From Octopus vulgaris (lineage: Eukaryota): a DNA stretch of 64,000 nt. Positions 1 to 12,544 of this stretch are shown piece by piece; positions within the stretch are counted from its first letter, which is position 1, and each line of letters begins with the position of its first letter. Under the pieces are notes generated by a model. The model worked only from the letters and a program-made list of their open reading frames with translations. It was not told the DNA's origin and did not search any database. A program made the translations under genes and the position numbers. The stretch is from contig OX597822.1 in the NCBI GenBank assembly GCA_951406725.2, forward strand, positions 85,870,001-85,934,000, in the 5' to 3' direction.

Positions 1-327
1 GGCTGAAACAGTTTGAATGGGAAATGATGCCCCACCCACCATATTTGCCGGACATTACCCCATCTGATTATTATTTATTCTGCAGTCTTCAAAATCATTT
101 GGAAGGAAAAAAATATGAATTCTGCAGATGCGGTCAGAACAGTATTGGAGGAGTATTTTTCATCACAGACAAGTGAATTTTGGCAGAGGAGCCTTGCAAG
201 TCTGTCAGATAGATGGAAGAGCATTGTAGAAAATGAAGGAGAGTATATTTTAGATTAAAAAAGAACTTTATCTTAATTTTGAAAAATAAAAAGTATAAAA
301 AACTACATTATTTATGTGATGAGCCAA
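1..327 (+). mobile_element. Mariner transposon 3' end (decayed transposase C-terminus + right TIR), truncated by window edge
   Basis: Translates as LKQFEWEMMPHPPYLPDITPSDYYLFCSLQNHLEGK...GEYILD*, matching the mariner HPPYSPDLAPSDY motif. Ends in a TIR-like AAAACTACATTATTTATGTGATGAGCCAA followed by TA. Confidence 0.9.
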
Positions 328-351
328 TACATGTACATGCATATATATATA

Positions 352-574
352 GCGAAGTCATTGCCAGTACCACCTGACTGGCCCCAGTGTCGGTGGCACG
401 TAAAAAGCACCCACTACACTCTCGGAGTGGTTGGCGTTAGGAAGGGCATCCAGTTGTAGAAACTCTGCCAGATCAAGATTGGAGCCTGGTGCAGTCATCT
501 GGTTCGCCAGCCCTCAGTCAAAATCGTCCAACCCATGCTAGCATGGAAAGCGAACATCAAACGATGATGATGAT
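352..574 (+). mobile_element. SINE family B ((GAT)n tail)
   Basis: Body GGAGTGGTTGGCGTTAGGAAGGGCATCCAG...CCAACCCATGCTAGCATGGAAAG ending in (GAT)n. Many dispersed copies in the window. Confidence 0.8.
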
Positions 575-580
575 GACACA

Positions 581-632
<52 letters not shown>

Positions 633-895
633 CATGTATGTATAGATTATTTTTTCTTTTACTTGCTTCAGTCATTAGACTGCGGCCATGTTGGGGCACA
701 ATCGTGTGAGTGTGTGTTTATATAGATATAGATATATATATACAATATGTATATGAGTGTGTGTGTGTGTGTGTATACACACACACACAAGCCGTTATTG
801 AGTAACGAGCCTAGAAAATAATATTCTCAATACCAAAGTAGAGTGAATTAGTTTATTAAAGTGGGTCCATAACATGCCACTGAACTGGCTTCAAT

Positions 896-951
<56 letters not shown>

Positions 952-1016
952 GGTCCCGGGTTGAGTCGGGGTTAACCACAGTAAATAAGGTACTCAATAC
1001 ATGGCAGAGTAAATTA

Positions 1017-1149
1017 ATTTATTTTATAGAAGGAGTTTACAGGACTAGAACTGTTTCATTCAAATGAAATCATCAAGAAACCAGGCTTCCTGATGATTTC
1101 ATTTGAATGAAACAGTTCTAGTCCTGTAGAAGCTCCTTCTATAAAATAA

Positions 1150-1151
<2 letters not shown>
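1017..1151. repeat. Near-perfect inverted repeat with hammerhead-like cores on both arms (Penelope-like terminal remnant)
   Basis: Arms ~1017-1078 and ~1088-1151 are reverse complements. The + arm has CTGATGA (1090-1096), a TTCA/TGAA stem and GAAACAGTT (1109-1117). Embedded between (TA)n tracts. Confidence 0.7.
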
Positions 1152-1204
<53 letters not shown>

Positions 1205-2413
1205 GAGAGATAGAGAGAGAGAGAGATGGTTGCATGTCTCAGTGTGGCCAACGCGAATGACCCGAAACTTCGAAATCACTTTCAATGTTTCTCTACATAA
1301 ATTCCTTGAATGATCCTTGAAGTATTGTTTCGAAAAAAAAAACAAACAAACATTAAAACACACATATTCATTCAATAACACGAGCACACACACGAACACG
1401 TATAAACACATTTACATATATTCCACCCCTCTCTTTTCCTGAGCGTGCGTGTGTACACACACAGACATACATACATACATACATACATACATACGCACAT
1501 GCAGACATTTCTCGTATTTTCATCTGTATTTTTACTTGGCTGCATGAAAATATGTTTAGTTTGATCCACCTAGTGAAGTTCCTTCTTGCAATTATTTCGT
1601 TGCCATTCTTGTTGTTACGGAATTCTTGGGTCATTTGTAGTTTTAAACCTTATGGTTTTATCACTTTTTGCAACCAGCTGGGAGCCATGCAATTCTGAAT
1701 TTTCTAAACTTTACAAATGCTGGCGCTTCCATCCAGCTGTTGTTAGATTGTGTAATAATATATATTCATAATTGATTGCTTCAAACAGTAAAAGAGAGGT
1801 TTGTATTAAGCGAAAGAGGTTGGAGGAAGTATAATGTGAATGAATAAAGTATATACAATATGTTCGTCTGTGAATGCTGTGTGTTTGTATTGAGGATGAG
1901 AGCTGTAAGGGTCAGTAGTAGATATACGTGTGTTTAGAGGAAGTGTGAGGAGAAAACGGAGATTGAGTGAAGAGTGAGAGAGAAGGAGAGTTAGAAAATG
2001 TGTGTGTGTGTGTTTAGGCAAAGATAATTTGTGAGATATAGCGTGAGAATCTGTTTGACCGGAGACAGAGTATGTTTATGTGAGTGTATAGAGAGGAAGA
2101 AAGGGTGAGATTTCATGCTCAGAAAGTATGTGGAAGAGAGAGAGAGAGAATGAGAAATTAGAGTACTTTTTATGTCTTAATTGTTCAGTTAAAGTCAACC
2201 AGGGAACTGCGTGAACAGATGCTTTAGTTATGTACATTCACAGTCTGAATAGTTAGAGGTGATGGTCAGGGAATTAGTGAATGCATGTTACAGGGCCGTT
2301 TCCTTATCTAGACGTAAAAAAAGGTGCCATATCGTCCTATAACACATAGAGATAGATTGAAAAGAAGGGAGGTAGATAGCCGTGGTGTAAGTGATAGAGA
2401 AATAAATTTCAAC

Positions 2414-2840
2414 ACTTACCAATGGGCTGTTTGCTAAGATAGTTTTGTTTTCTTTTAATTCCGATCAGGTCGAGCCTTGACTATGACTTGTTCGTCCACA
2501 GAAAATCAACACAGTGCCATCAGCCGACTACTATAACATCATGAAAAGTCTTACAGTCGCTCAACAAACAACACTTGGCCTAAACATTAACAACCGATCG
2601 TGTGAAAACGTTTCATTTTCTGTTAAATACGTCAGCGCCGTTATCATGTCAACAACACAAAGCCTTGTGACGTAAAGCACAACCTGCGAACTATTAAGTA
2701 ACCGAGCTTTCTTCTGGACGTCTTAATAGTGTTTGGGGTTTATTTTCTGTAGGTACAACGCTGTTCATTCCACTTATATCTTACTAATTTGTTTTAAGAA
2801 CCCTCGGAGAAATGAAAAGTGAAGTCGATGCCGGTAAGAA
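2414..2840. promoter_or_regulatory. Candidate bidirectional promoter with divergent first exons
   Basis: Local CpG enrichment in unique sequence. Minus-strand donor TTG|GTAAGT at 2420/2419, plus-strand donor CCG|GTAAGA at 2833/2834, CRE/ATF-like TGACGTAA at 2668-2675. Confidence 0.45.
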
Positions 2841-3765
2841 CTAAAGGAAAATATTTTAAATGGTCCGACTGCAATATTTCTTACGCATATATTCAACAAA
2901 TACATTGAGATTAAAAAATTCGTCGTCATACAAATTATTGCATAGCTCTGGTTAAGTGTGATCAAGCAGACCTATACACACGGGTAATCGGTCGCAAAAG
3001 ATAGGGTGGAATTTTAAGAAGATTTAGCTGCCGTTTCTAGCACATCTGATGGTTACATAGAGTAGGCATGGGCTACCTTTTTCGGTGAGTGGGCCGCATG
3101 ACACATGGCTCGTCGTAAGGTGGCCCGCATTACTAGAAAAAGGAAGGAAAATGTTCGTTTGGCGCGCCATTCGGAGAGTCCCGCGAACCAGACTACCAAG
3201 TAATTTTTGAAGTCACGCGAGCTGCTGTGGCTGCCTTGTTGGCTTCATAGGTTATTATAATTTAAATGAAAAAAGATTTTTTTAATTCTTTCTTCTTTCA
3301 AGTTTGTTTCCATTTCTTGGCGAATGTCTAAACCGACAGAATCGTTGGCGCGTGGGCATATCGTCCGTCTTTACGTTCTGAGTTCAAATTCCGCCGAGGT
3401 CGATAAAGTATCTGTCGATGGGATCGTCCGGGCCCCCTACCACCAAATTTCAGGCCTTGTGACTAAAGTAGAAAGGATTATTGTTATTATTATTTGATGA
3501 AAACTTTCAGCTTACTTTGTTGGTTGTACTGGAAAGTGCCAGCTGCCCTCAACCACCGACACTTGTTTACTGATCATGCTTCAGGAACCCTGCGGAGAAC
3601 CACTACAGTTCCAAACAATGATGATTTTTGTAGGCGTTCTATCTTTTCATTTGTACCAATGTTTTTTAAGTCCTGTTAGTAGTTGAGTATTGATACTTTC
3701 AAGCGCGCCAATCACTTGGTATCATCACGTCCACTTTCTTCATTGCCCACAACATGCGTATTATT

Positions 3766-3975
3766 GAACTGGCAGAATCGTTAGCACGCCGGGCGAAATG
3801 CTTAACAGTATTTCATCTACCGCTACGTTCTGAGTTCAAATTCCGCCGAGGTCCACTTTGCCTTTCATCCTTTCGGGTTAAAAAATTAAGTACCAGTTGA
3901 CTACTGGGGTCGATGTAATCGACTTAATCCAATCCCCCAAAATTTCAGGCTGTGTGCTTTTAGTAGAAAGGATTA
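3766..3975 (+). mobile_element. tRNA-derived SINE family A
   Basis: TGGCAGAATCG A-box and GAGTTCAAATTCC B-box, followed by GCCTTTCATCCTTTCGGG...AAGTACCAG core. Further copies at ~3334, 6950, 7180, 7430, 10805, 17490, 21682, 56310, 56585, 63390. Confidence 0.85.
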
Positions 3976-4398
3976 TAATTATTTAAATGTGGCCCTTTTT
4001 CTCATTTTGTCATAGTTACCATTTCACCCAATACGCAGGTTTATTTTCTTTGTTTTAAAACAGGGGTTGAATTTTCTGTGATATTCAGTTTGGTTCTCTC
4101 TCTTGTTGGTCGTCTCTCACCCTTCTATTTTTGACACAACAGCTTCTGCTCCTTTAAACTAGGTAATTGCATATCCTTTCATTAAGGCTCACTCGTCTGC
4201 CACCCACCTCTCATCACCCTGTTCTTGCACGAAGTACTTACCTCAGTAACAACTATTTGCTGTGGACATGGAGATATTCCAATTGAGCATAAATCATAAT
4301 AATACCCTCCACCCCTTTGTGAGAACTTACAAGATCATGATTAACCCCTTAAAAAGAAAAAGATTGACCTTCGATTCTGACATGCTTTTACACTCATA

Positions 4399-6093
4399 CC
4401 GTATTTCCCCAAAAATAAAACCTACTCTGAAAATAAGCCCCACCATAATTTTTCAGGATGTTTTTAATATAAGCCCTATCCCAAAAATAAGACCTAGTCA
4501 AAAATGCATCGGCTTGTTAGCAAGACCATTTGATGTTTGCGAAATAAACCAACTATCGCATCTTGGCTTAAGTCTGCACTAAGCACGCATGCACGGAGTT
4601 GACTCCCTTGCACCTCCCTCCAGGTAAGATGAGTGCAAAAAGAAAGAGTCCTGGAGTACAAGAAAAGAATTGTGGAAGAGTCACATAACAAGAGTCTTGT
4701 GGCTTTCTGTAAGGAGAAGATGTTGGATCTCTGAATGGTTTGCAAATGGCAAGCGGTGTACGATAATCTCAGCAGACAAGTTAATGAGGGAAATGCGAAG
4801 AAGTACAAGTGTAGATCAGGTTGACAACAGTTATTTTCGGAGCTGGAAGCTCTCACCTTGGGATGGATTGCTGACAGAAGAACAAAGGCTTTGGTTGTAC
4901 ATAGGGCTGATATTCAAGAATTTGCTCTTGAAACGGCACTACAGTTGGATATACTCCCAGGGATATTCAAAGCATCACCTCATTGGTTGGATAACTTCCT
5001 TCAGCAACACTATTCAAGCTGGAGGGTGCTGAAGTGATTCAACGTGCACTTGCATTCAAGTCCTTCATTGATGGCATCGACTTTTCTAAATACAATCTCT
5101 CCAATATAATTGCTACAGATGCGATTGCAGTATTTATGGGCCAAGGATCTAAAACGACAATTGGACAGGTGCCTCATCAATCAACGTCGGTTCAGCAGGT
5201 TACAAAAATGCAAGAGTTACTTGTATTTTAGCAATTCGTCTTGATGGAACAAGTCCCACCGCTTATCAGCACAAAAGGCAAAAAAGAGAAAATAGAACAA
5301 GTTTCAGGTATTCATGTCCGTAAAATGGAAAAGGTTTGATACACACAAGCTGTTATAAGAAAATGGGTTGATTTAATTATGCCACTTGTTTTATGTGGTT
5401 CTCAAAGAGTTCTTTTAGTCTGGGATTCAACCACTGCTCATCATGCAAAAGATATGAAAACCTTCCTTTCTAAAAGAAGAATTGACCACATAATAATTCC
5501 TGCAGGGATGACTTCATATTTACAAACATTAGATCTTGTAAAAAAACAAGCCCTTCAAGGATTATTCACGGATGGAAGTGAATGAATATATTGAACATAG
5601 AATGGAGAGAAATCAGTGTGGAAACTTTGTCAAACCCAACCTCCAAGAAGTCATGAATTGGGTGAAGAATTCATGGAATAGAATTACCAACAGTTGCATT
5701 GCCACTGCACTACAAGCAGGGTACCGGGACAAAAAGTGTTCATTTAAGGAAAGTTGCCAAATATGAGAGACTGGAATCCATGATTCTGCAGGAAATGGAT
5801 TTGCAAGAAATTCAATGTGAAGTTTGGGGTTTGATGATTTATGATGATGTTCCAGAAGAGGACGAAATGTTTGTACTTGACTAAAAACAATAAACAAATA
5901 AATAAACTTTTGATAACTAAAAACATAAGTTTCCTTTTTATGACTTTTTCCTTTTACACGAGGACATGAGACTTTTTAGTCTTTCATGGAGTTTTTCCAC
6001 AAAAATATAAGACATCCCCTGCAAATAAGCCCTACTGCATTTTTTAGATGTAGAATTAATATAAGACCAGGTCTTATTTTCAGGGAAACATGG
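4399..6093 (+). mobile_element. Full-length but decayed pogo/Tigger-like DNA transposon
   Basis: 24-bp TIRs (CCGTATTTCCCCAAAAATAAAACC vs rc CCATGTTTCCCTGAAAATAAGACC, 19/24) with TA on both flanks. Subterminal AAATAAGNCC repeats. Frameshifted DDE_1 transposase (VWDSTTAHH...IPAGMTSYLQTLD; WVKNSWNRIT). Confidence 0.9.
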
Positions 6094-6454
6094 TAGAATA
6101 ACAGAACACAATCAACTGTTTCCCGTTAAAATCAGTTTACTCCAAATTGATATCAGAAATCATTTTGCTCCATGGACTAAATACATGTTTTTTTTTTATC
6201 TTCTTTTGAAGGAAGGCTACAGTCCCTAGAATATTACTGGTATATTTTTTAAAGATCAAGGCTTGAAGATAAAGTTGACTCAAAACAATGAATTGCTAAG
6301 TCATCTCCTACAAATTCTACAATATAGTAAGATGTCCAGAAACAATATTTCCATGGCACAGAGGGTACTTGTACTCTGATATTCATCTTAGCTCTCAATG
6401 TGATATTGTGATATTCATTCTTTACAGTGGCACAGTAATGACATAGGGAACTTG

Positions 6455-6712
6455 GTACAGTTCTATATTAAGAACCACTATACCATATGCCCGTGGGCAT
6501 ATGGCGTAGTAGTTAAGAGCGTGGACTACTAACCCCAAGATTCCGAGTTTGATTCCAGGCAGTGACCTTAATAATAATACCGGAAAATACCTTAGGAATG
6601 AGAACCTGGGTTCAAAATTTCCCAAATACACCTGATGAAGGCTGGAGGGTATATCAGCCAAAACATTGTGTTAACAACAAACAAGATGAGGACAAATATC
6701 CATCAAATGTAA
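6455..6712 (+). mobile_element. tRNA-headed short element carrying a minimal hammerhead ribozyme motif, 12-bp TSD
   Basis: TSD ATAGGGAACTTG at 6443-6454 and 6713-6724. tRNA-like head ~6494-6568 (TGGCGTAGTAG A-box, GAGTTTGATTCC B-box). ACAC-CTGATGA(6632-6638)-aGGCTG..CAGCC-(G>A)AAACATT-GTGT. Confidence 0.8.
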
Positions 6713-7719
6713 ATAGGGAACTTGAACTGAAAATCCAAGCTTATCACAAGCTCAACTCATTAAGAGCTGACCCCTACAACCATTTCTTGATGCCATGTGA
6801 AGGTTTTAGCATGTGAGGGCTTTGTGGTATTGAATGAAGAGAAATGGCACCAACATTTTATCTATAAAGTAGCAAGAGGACATTAAAAAAGATCTGTTTT
6901 TATTGCTTCTCATGGATTTCGAGTCTTTTCCCAATGAAAAAATAAAAATTAATGGTTTCTAACTTAGGCACTATGCCACCAGTTTTGAGGGGAACTGTAA
7001 GTCAATATCATCTTTCTCAGTACTTGACTGGTACATCTTCAATCAACTCCAGGGAGTGAAAGGCAGAGTTAATCTTGATAGGAATTGAACTCAGAACATA
7101 AAGAGCTGGAAGAGACATTTTTCCTGATGCTCAAGTCATTCTGCCAGCTTTCTACCATAAGAATAAGAAAAATAATATGGTTTCAAATTTTGGTGCAAGC
7201 CCAGCAGTTTTATGGGAGGAAGTTGGTTGATTACATTGACACCAGTACATGACTGGTACTTTATTCACCCTCAGAAGGTTGGAAGACTGTCGACCTCAAT
7301 TGTATTTGTTCTCAGAACATAACGAATTGCTAAAAAACTGCTGCTAAGCATTTTGTCCAATGCTAATCATTATTTCAATAAAGCACCTCAATAACCATTC
7401 TCATCACTTAGCATCTATTTTCCATCCTTTCTTCTTCAGGTACAAAGCTTGAAATTTCTTTTTGCAGCATGGGGATGCTAGTCAATTACATTGACCCCAG
7501 TGCATAACTGGTACTTATTTCATCCATCCTGAAAGAATGAAAAGCAAAGTCGTCCTCAGCAGAATTTGAACTCAAAACTTGAAGGTGGACGAAATGCCCC
7601 TAAGCATTTTGTTGGGCATGCTAACCATTTTGCCAGCTCACCAAATATCTCTTCCCCCTGTGCTGTTGATGTCATGATTTCTCCTCTGCAGATTTTGCCT
7701 GGGAAGTTAGATATTAGGT

Positions 7720-8200
7720 TACACACACATGGAAATTATTGCAATATCTGCAGAGGAGAAATACGAGAACTGCTTTAGTTTCTGTCCTACAAAAAAATTG
7801 ATGTGAATAGCAGTGAACCATTTGCTGTAGAAAATATCACCTGGGCCAATGGCGGTGAGGCCACTGGGGTTTTGGTGGTATAGACAAAGGACCTGGAAAA
7901 TGTTTCTTTATTCAAGTACCAGTTTAAAGAGAAGGCGCTTTATCTCAACTAATGGAACAGTAAACTCTACCTTTTATCCCACTGAATCAATGGCTGGAAA
8001 GCTTTCAATAAGACTGAAGAATAAGTGAACAGTTTAATCATTGTCCCCAGGTGAAATTTTGTGGACTCCAAAAGTGATGAGATTCAAACATAAAGAGTTG
8101 GAAACATAAATTTGAGTCAAAGAAAAATTCCAAGACAGTGTGGAATGAATGATTAGTGCTTTAAAAGTCATCTGCATAAGTTTCACTGGAGAAATTCTCT
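7720..8200 (+). mobile_element. Merlin (IS1016/ISXO2-like) transposase remnant
   Basis: Broken frames read RKYHLGQWR*GHWGFGGIDKGPGKCFFIQV, GWKAFN and NFVDSKS...QT*RV...RKIPRQCG. These match the Merlin motifs RKYHRGR..WVFGG.ER..GKCF, D.WKAY and NFVDP..HTQ.IE. Confidence 0.7.
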
Positions 8201-9752
8201 CAAACATAAATTGATGTCTTTTTATTATTTTTTTAGTTATTCTGGGTGCTGGCATGATTGCAGCCACATAGTTTCAAAATGTCTTCTATTATTGTCCCTT
8301 CTGACCAAAGCATTGTAAGTGGACTCTTTGAATTGGTGGAAACTGAAAGTGGCCTGTAATATGTGTGTGCTTAAATTTGCTCTTTTCCGAGGTCAAGTGG
8401 TGACATTGTTCTTTGTCGTCAAACTCCTCTCTGGCTTTGCACCTTTGAAGACATGTGGCATAAGAGATCCTTTGCTTGAAAAGCAGGTAAAAGTCGGTGA
8501 CAGGAAGAGCATCCAGCTGTAAAACCCTGTCTCGATAATAGATTTGTTTAATCCATACAAACGGAAAAAAAACAGACTTATTACAAATAAAAATATGTAC
8601 ATATTCATTTATTTCTTTAACATCCATTTTTCCATGCTCACATGAGTTTGGGTAGGGAATTACTTGAGGCAGACTCATATAGCTGGATCCCTTTCTTATT
8701 GCCAACCCTGTTTTTAAGTAAGAGATTTTTTTTTCTTATTCCAACAGTCTTGAAAGCACAGAGCAATGAATGTCACCATTACTGCTGCAGTCAACCAGTG
8801 ACAAGTGTACAATATCAATAACCGCACACTTTTGTTTGGTCGTTAAATTTAGCTGCTTATTAACTCCTCTTCCACTCCTAACTTCACATTAGTGCTTTTG
8901 CCCTGAAATTTATTTTAACAACCTTTTCACAGTAATACAAGAAGTGTACTTAATTACACAAGTGTACTTAGCAAAACTAATTACAGAGATGTGCTTAGTT
9001 GATTTATGGTTTTTAAGAATACTTTTCTCATTTGCTTTTACAGAATCATTTCTTTGACTTCATATATTAAAACAAAAGTCCTTTCTTTCCATGATTTTCT
9101 TTAAAATCGCTTTTTGACTCAGAAATTCTTCAGTGATCTGCCTCAAGGTCCAGCAACTATTTGCAAGGACCAAGAGAAATGCCAGTTCATCAATACAGAT
9201 ATAACCATACACACACAAACGCACATTGAGAAAGGAATAGTTTATTGTGACAATGATGTCAATAAGGTGTTAGTAACAGAGGTGGTGGTGGTGGTGGTTT
9301 TGGCTTTTGTTTTGTGGTAAGTTGACAGAACAATTTATTTTTGTGAGCTGAAATTTAAAATAAACATACCTTATGTTTGAATACCTGCATGTTAGTGCTA
9401 GTAGTTATTTTTGTGCAACGATGTCACCACTACCATCACCACCACTGCTGTCACCATTTACCATGAATGTATGTCTCTCTTTTATTTTCTCTTGCTCTCC
9501 TTTGAGTTCCTTCGTGTAAAATGATGCAAAACCTAAGTAGAAACATATTGTAGGAATGGATTCGACTTATTGTCACTGCAAAGGCAAAGACAGAAGCCAA
9601 ATTCCTTAAGGATAGAGTCCTTTGGTGACATGATTAGATACAATCTTTAGGTAAGGGTCTGTAGTGTGAAGCATTGGTTGTCATGATGTATAGTGGAGTG
9701 AAACATCAAATAGGTTTAGGGTTAGCAGGTAAGGGTCAAATAGGTGAGGTAA

Positions 9753-9985
9753 GGCGGCGAGCTGGCAGAAACGTTAGCACGCCGGGTGAAATGCGTAGCC
9801 ATATTTCGTCTGTCGTTACGTTCTGAGTTCAAATTCCGCCGAGGTCGACTTTGCCTTTCATCCTTTCGGGGTCGATTAAATAAGTACCAGTTACGCACTG
9901 GGGTCGTTAAAATCGACTTAATCCATCTGTCTATCCTTGTTTGTCCTCTCTGTGTTTAGCCCCTTGTGGGTAGTAAAGAAATAGG
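9753..9985 (+). mobile_element. tRNA-derived SINE family A, young CpG-rich copy
   Basis: GGCGGCGAGCTGGCAGAAACGTTAGCACGCCGGG...GAGTTCAAATTCCGCCGAGGTCGAC, flanked by the short direct repeat AGGTAAGG. Confidence 0.85.
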
Positions 9986-11564
9986 TAAGGGTCTACACAG
10001 AATCTCAGTTCTAACAAGAGAAACCAGGCCATAGGGATTGGAAGAAAGAGCAAAAGAACCCAGCCAGAGAGATTAAAGACCAGTTCATGTCACCATTTTG
10101 CTGTCAAGTAAAGAATGAATAATTGAGATGGTAGGCAGATGTTGCAGACATTGTTAATGTCTATACATTCACACATAAGGCAATCAAAAAGTTATTGATG
10201 CAGATATTTGTCTGGGGAGTCTTTTTATTTTTTCCGCATTTCCAAATAAAGTGTGACATTTACACAAAACGCAAAATCAAAATTTAATTTTATGGAACCA
10301 ACTGACATTTAATCTTTCCATACAGTCTTTGAAATATTTTCTGACAATGTAACATATTGCTTCACACACAAAATACAAATCTTATTCTCAAGAGACGAAT
10401 AAAGTAAAAGAGAAATATAGCAGCGTTATAGCTTCAATAAAGCGATTAAGTACAAACGAGGGAAAGTGCCAAAGGCAATTAATGATGGGTGCAATGCAGT
10501 GGAGGAAGCTGGTTGCAGAAACACTTCTCACAAATATTTGATGCCTTCCATTCATTGAAATATGAATATCAAATACTATTTACTTATATTTTTTAGGTGG
10601 AGGAGGAGGGGGCAGCATCCTGACCTTTGTAATTTTTGCCCAGACTAATGCGATGAATGCAGTTGATGTTCATCTTGAATTTCTACAGGTTGACATTTGT
10701 AGGGAAAACGTGGGAAAGGAGAACTGGGAGCTCTTAAAAGGAATGGCAGCAAAAAATATGTAATGTGGACCAGAAGTGAGACAGAGTTTGCTTGTATATA
10801 TCTGATCCTTTCTACTATAGGCATGAAGCCTGAAAAATTTTAGGGGAGTATACTAGTCCATTACGATGACCCCAGTACTTATTTTCTACACCCGCAAAAG
10901 GATGAAAGACAAAGTCGACCTTGGCAGAATTTGAAATCAGAACATAAAGAGGTTAACAGTTCTGCCAGCTCGCCACCTATATATTTAATGAGAACATTAA
11001 CAAGAAAGTGAAAAAGGCCCCGTATATCCTGATTAATAGCCAAGTCCATTACTATTGCTATTGGTCATATATCAATCCTCAGTTAAATTACATAGCTTTA
11101 TAATATGTCATAGATGTTTTAATTGATCCTAACATTGTCAACTTTAGAACACGGAAGTGTAGAGTGAAGAACTGATTTCTATATGAAACAGGAAAAAATA
11201 GCTTGCAATATCTTTAAGTAGCATCTGCAGTTTCTGCTTGGGGCAAAGCATCTTTAATGTTTATTTCTTGTTAATCCTATTTCATGTTGTAAAGCTGTTG
11301 GTAATAAGAAAGGCATCCAGCTATTAAAAAAAAAAGCCCAAAACCCTGGCATACACAACAAAAACGATTGGTTTCTTTTACTGCTGAGTATGCCAGATGT
11401 GAAAAAATTAAGAGCACAGCAGGAAACAGATCTGTTCATTCTGTCAGCAAATGGACATTAAATGCTGTTCTCTTATTTTACCTAATGTCAGAGTGGACAG
11501 ACTGTACAATGACTAACAATCTTCTAGCTGAACTTTATAAGTATTCTCTTAATTTATATTTCAG

Positions 11565-12290
11565 AGTGAGGACTATCTACCACTTAATGTACCTACCAGC
11601 TAGTAAGACTACCTATCAGGTAGTGATATTATCTGTCACTTAATATATCTACCAGATAGTGAGATTATCTAGCAGTTAATGAGACTATCTACCACTTAGG
11701 ATATCAAATAGTTATTAAACCTACATACCAGTTGGTGAGACAACTTAATTGCTTTGGAGACTACCAGTTAATAAGACTATCTACAAGTTAGTAAGAGTAT
11801 CCACTCAGTGAGACTACTAGTTGGCATATCTACCAGGTAGTGAGACTACCATTTAATGAGGTTGTCTACCAATAAGTGAGACTGTCTGCTTGATGGTGTA
11901 TCTATTAGACTACCTGTTGGTGTGTCTATCAATTAGTGAGACTATTGACCAGTTAGTGACACTATCTACCAATTCTTGAGACTATCTGCAAGTTAGTATG
12001 GTTATCTACCATTTAGTGATACTATCTACCACTTGGTGAGGCTATCTACTACATGGTGCATCTTTCAGTTAATGAGACTAGCAGTTAGACTAATATATAT
12101 TGAGACTATAAATCAGTTGGCACCTCTTAATGAGACTCTATTAGTCAATATACCTACTAATTAGTGAGATCCTCTACCAGTTATTGAAACTCTATCAGTA
12201 AGGCTGCCCACAAATTAGTGTTTCAGTTAATGAGACCATCTACTAGAATGTGTATCTACCAGTTAGTGAGGCTTCCAGTTGGTGTATCAG
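11565..12290. repeat. Degenerate minisatellite (~20-25 bp unit GAGACTATCTACCAGTTAGT)
   Basis: Many imperfect tandem copies of gagactatctaccagttagt. Confidence 0.8.
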
Positions 12291-12544
12291 ATGATTCAAA
12301 ATTGCCTGTATTCCTAACATTTTTGTTTCTGATATATAACAATTCTTCAGCCTCAAGTTGCAATTATAGTAAATTTATTTCTTTGTGCATTTATATGTAT
12401 TAACAATAATGTTCTCCACATAAATACCTGAATTCGGATCTGATGCTTATTTGTTGCCCTTCTATTGCATTATATGACTGTAAAGTGCATTGTTGTTAGA
12501 GATCTCTACATATAGTATCAGTGATATATACACACACGTAAAAA

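Noticed and set aside
1368-1790. Possible minus-strand exon (MTQEFRNNKNG...)
   Set aside because: Unique-looking sequence but no recognisable protein and only weak splice sites; could be UTR of the hypothesised divergent gene.
6494-6568. tRNA gene
   Set aside because: Poor acceptor-stem pairing, no T-run terminator, embedded in a repeated element with TSD; it is a SINE head. The same applies to 33770-33840.
11565-12290. CRISPR-like periodic repeats
   Set aside because: Eukaryotic context, degenerate head-to-tail units without unique spacers, no cas genes; a minisatellite.
12310-12356. Minus-strand CTGAAGA...GAAACAAAAATGTT motif
   Set aside because: No stem I complementarity.
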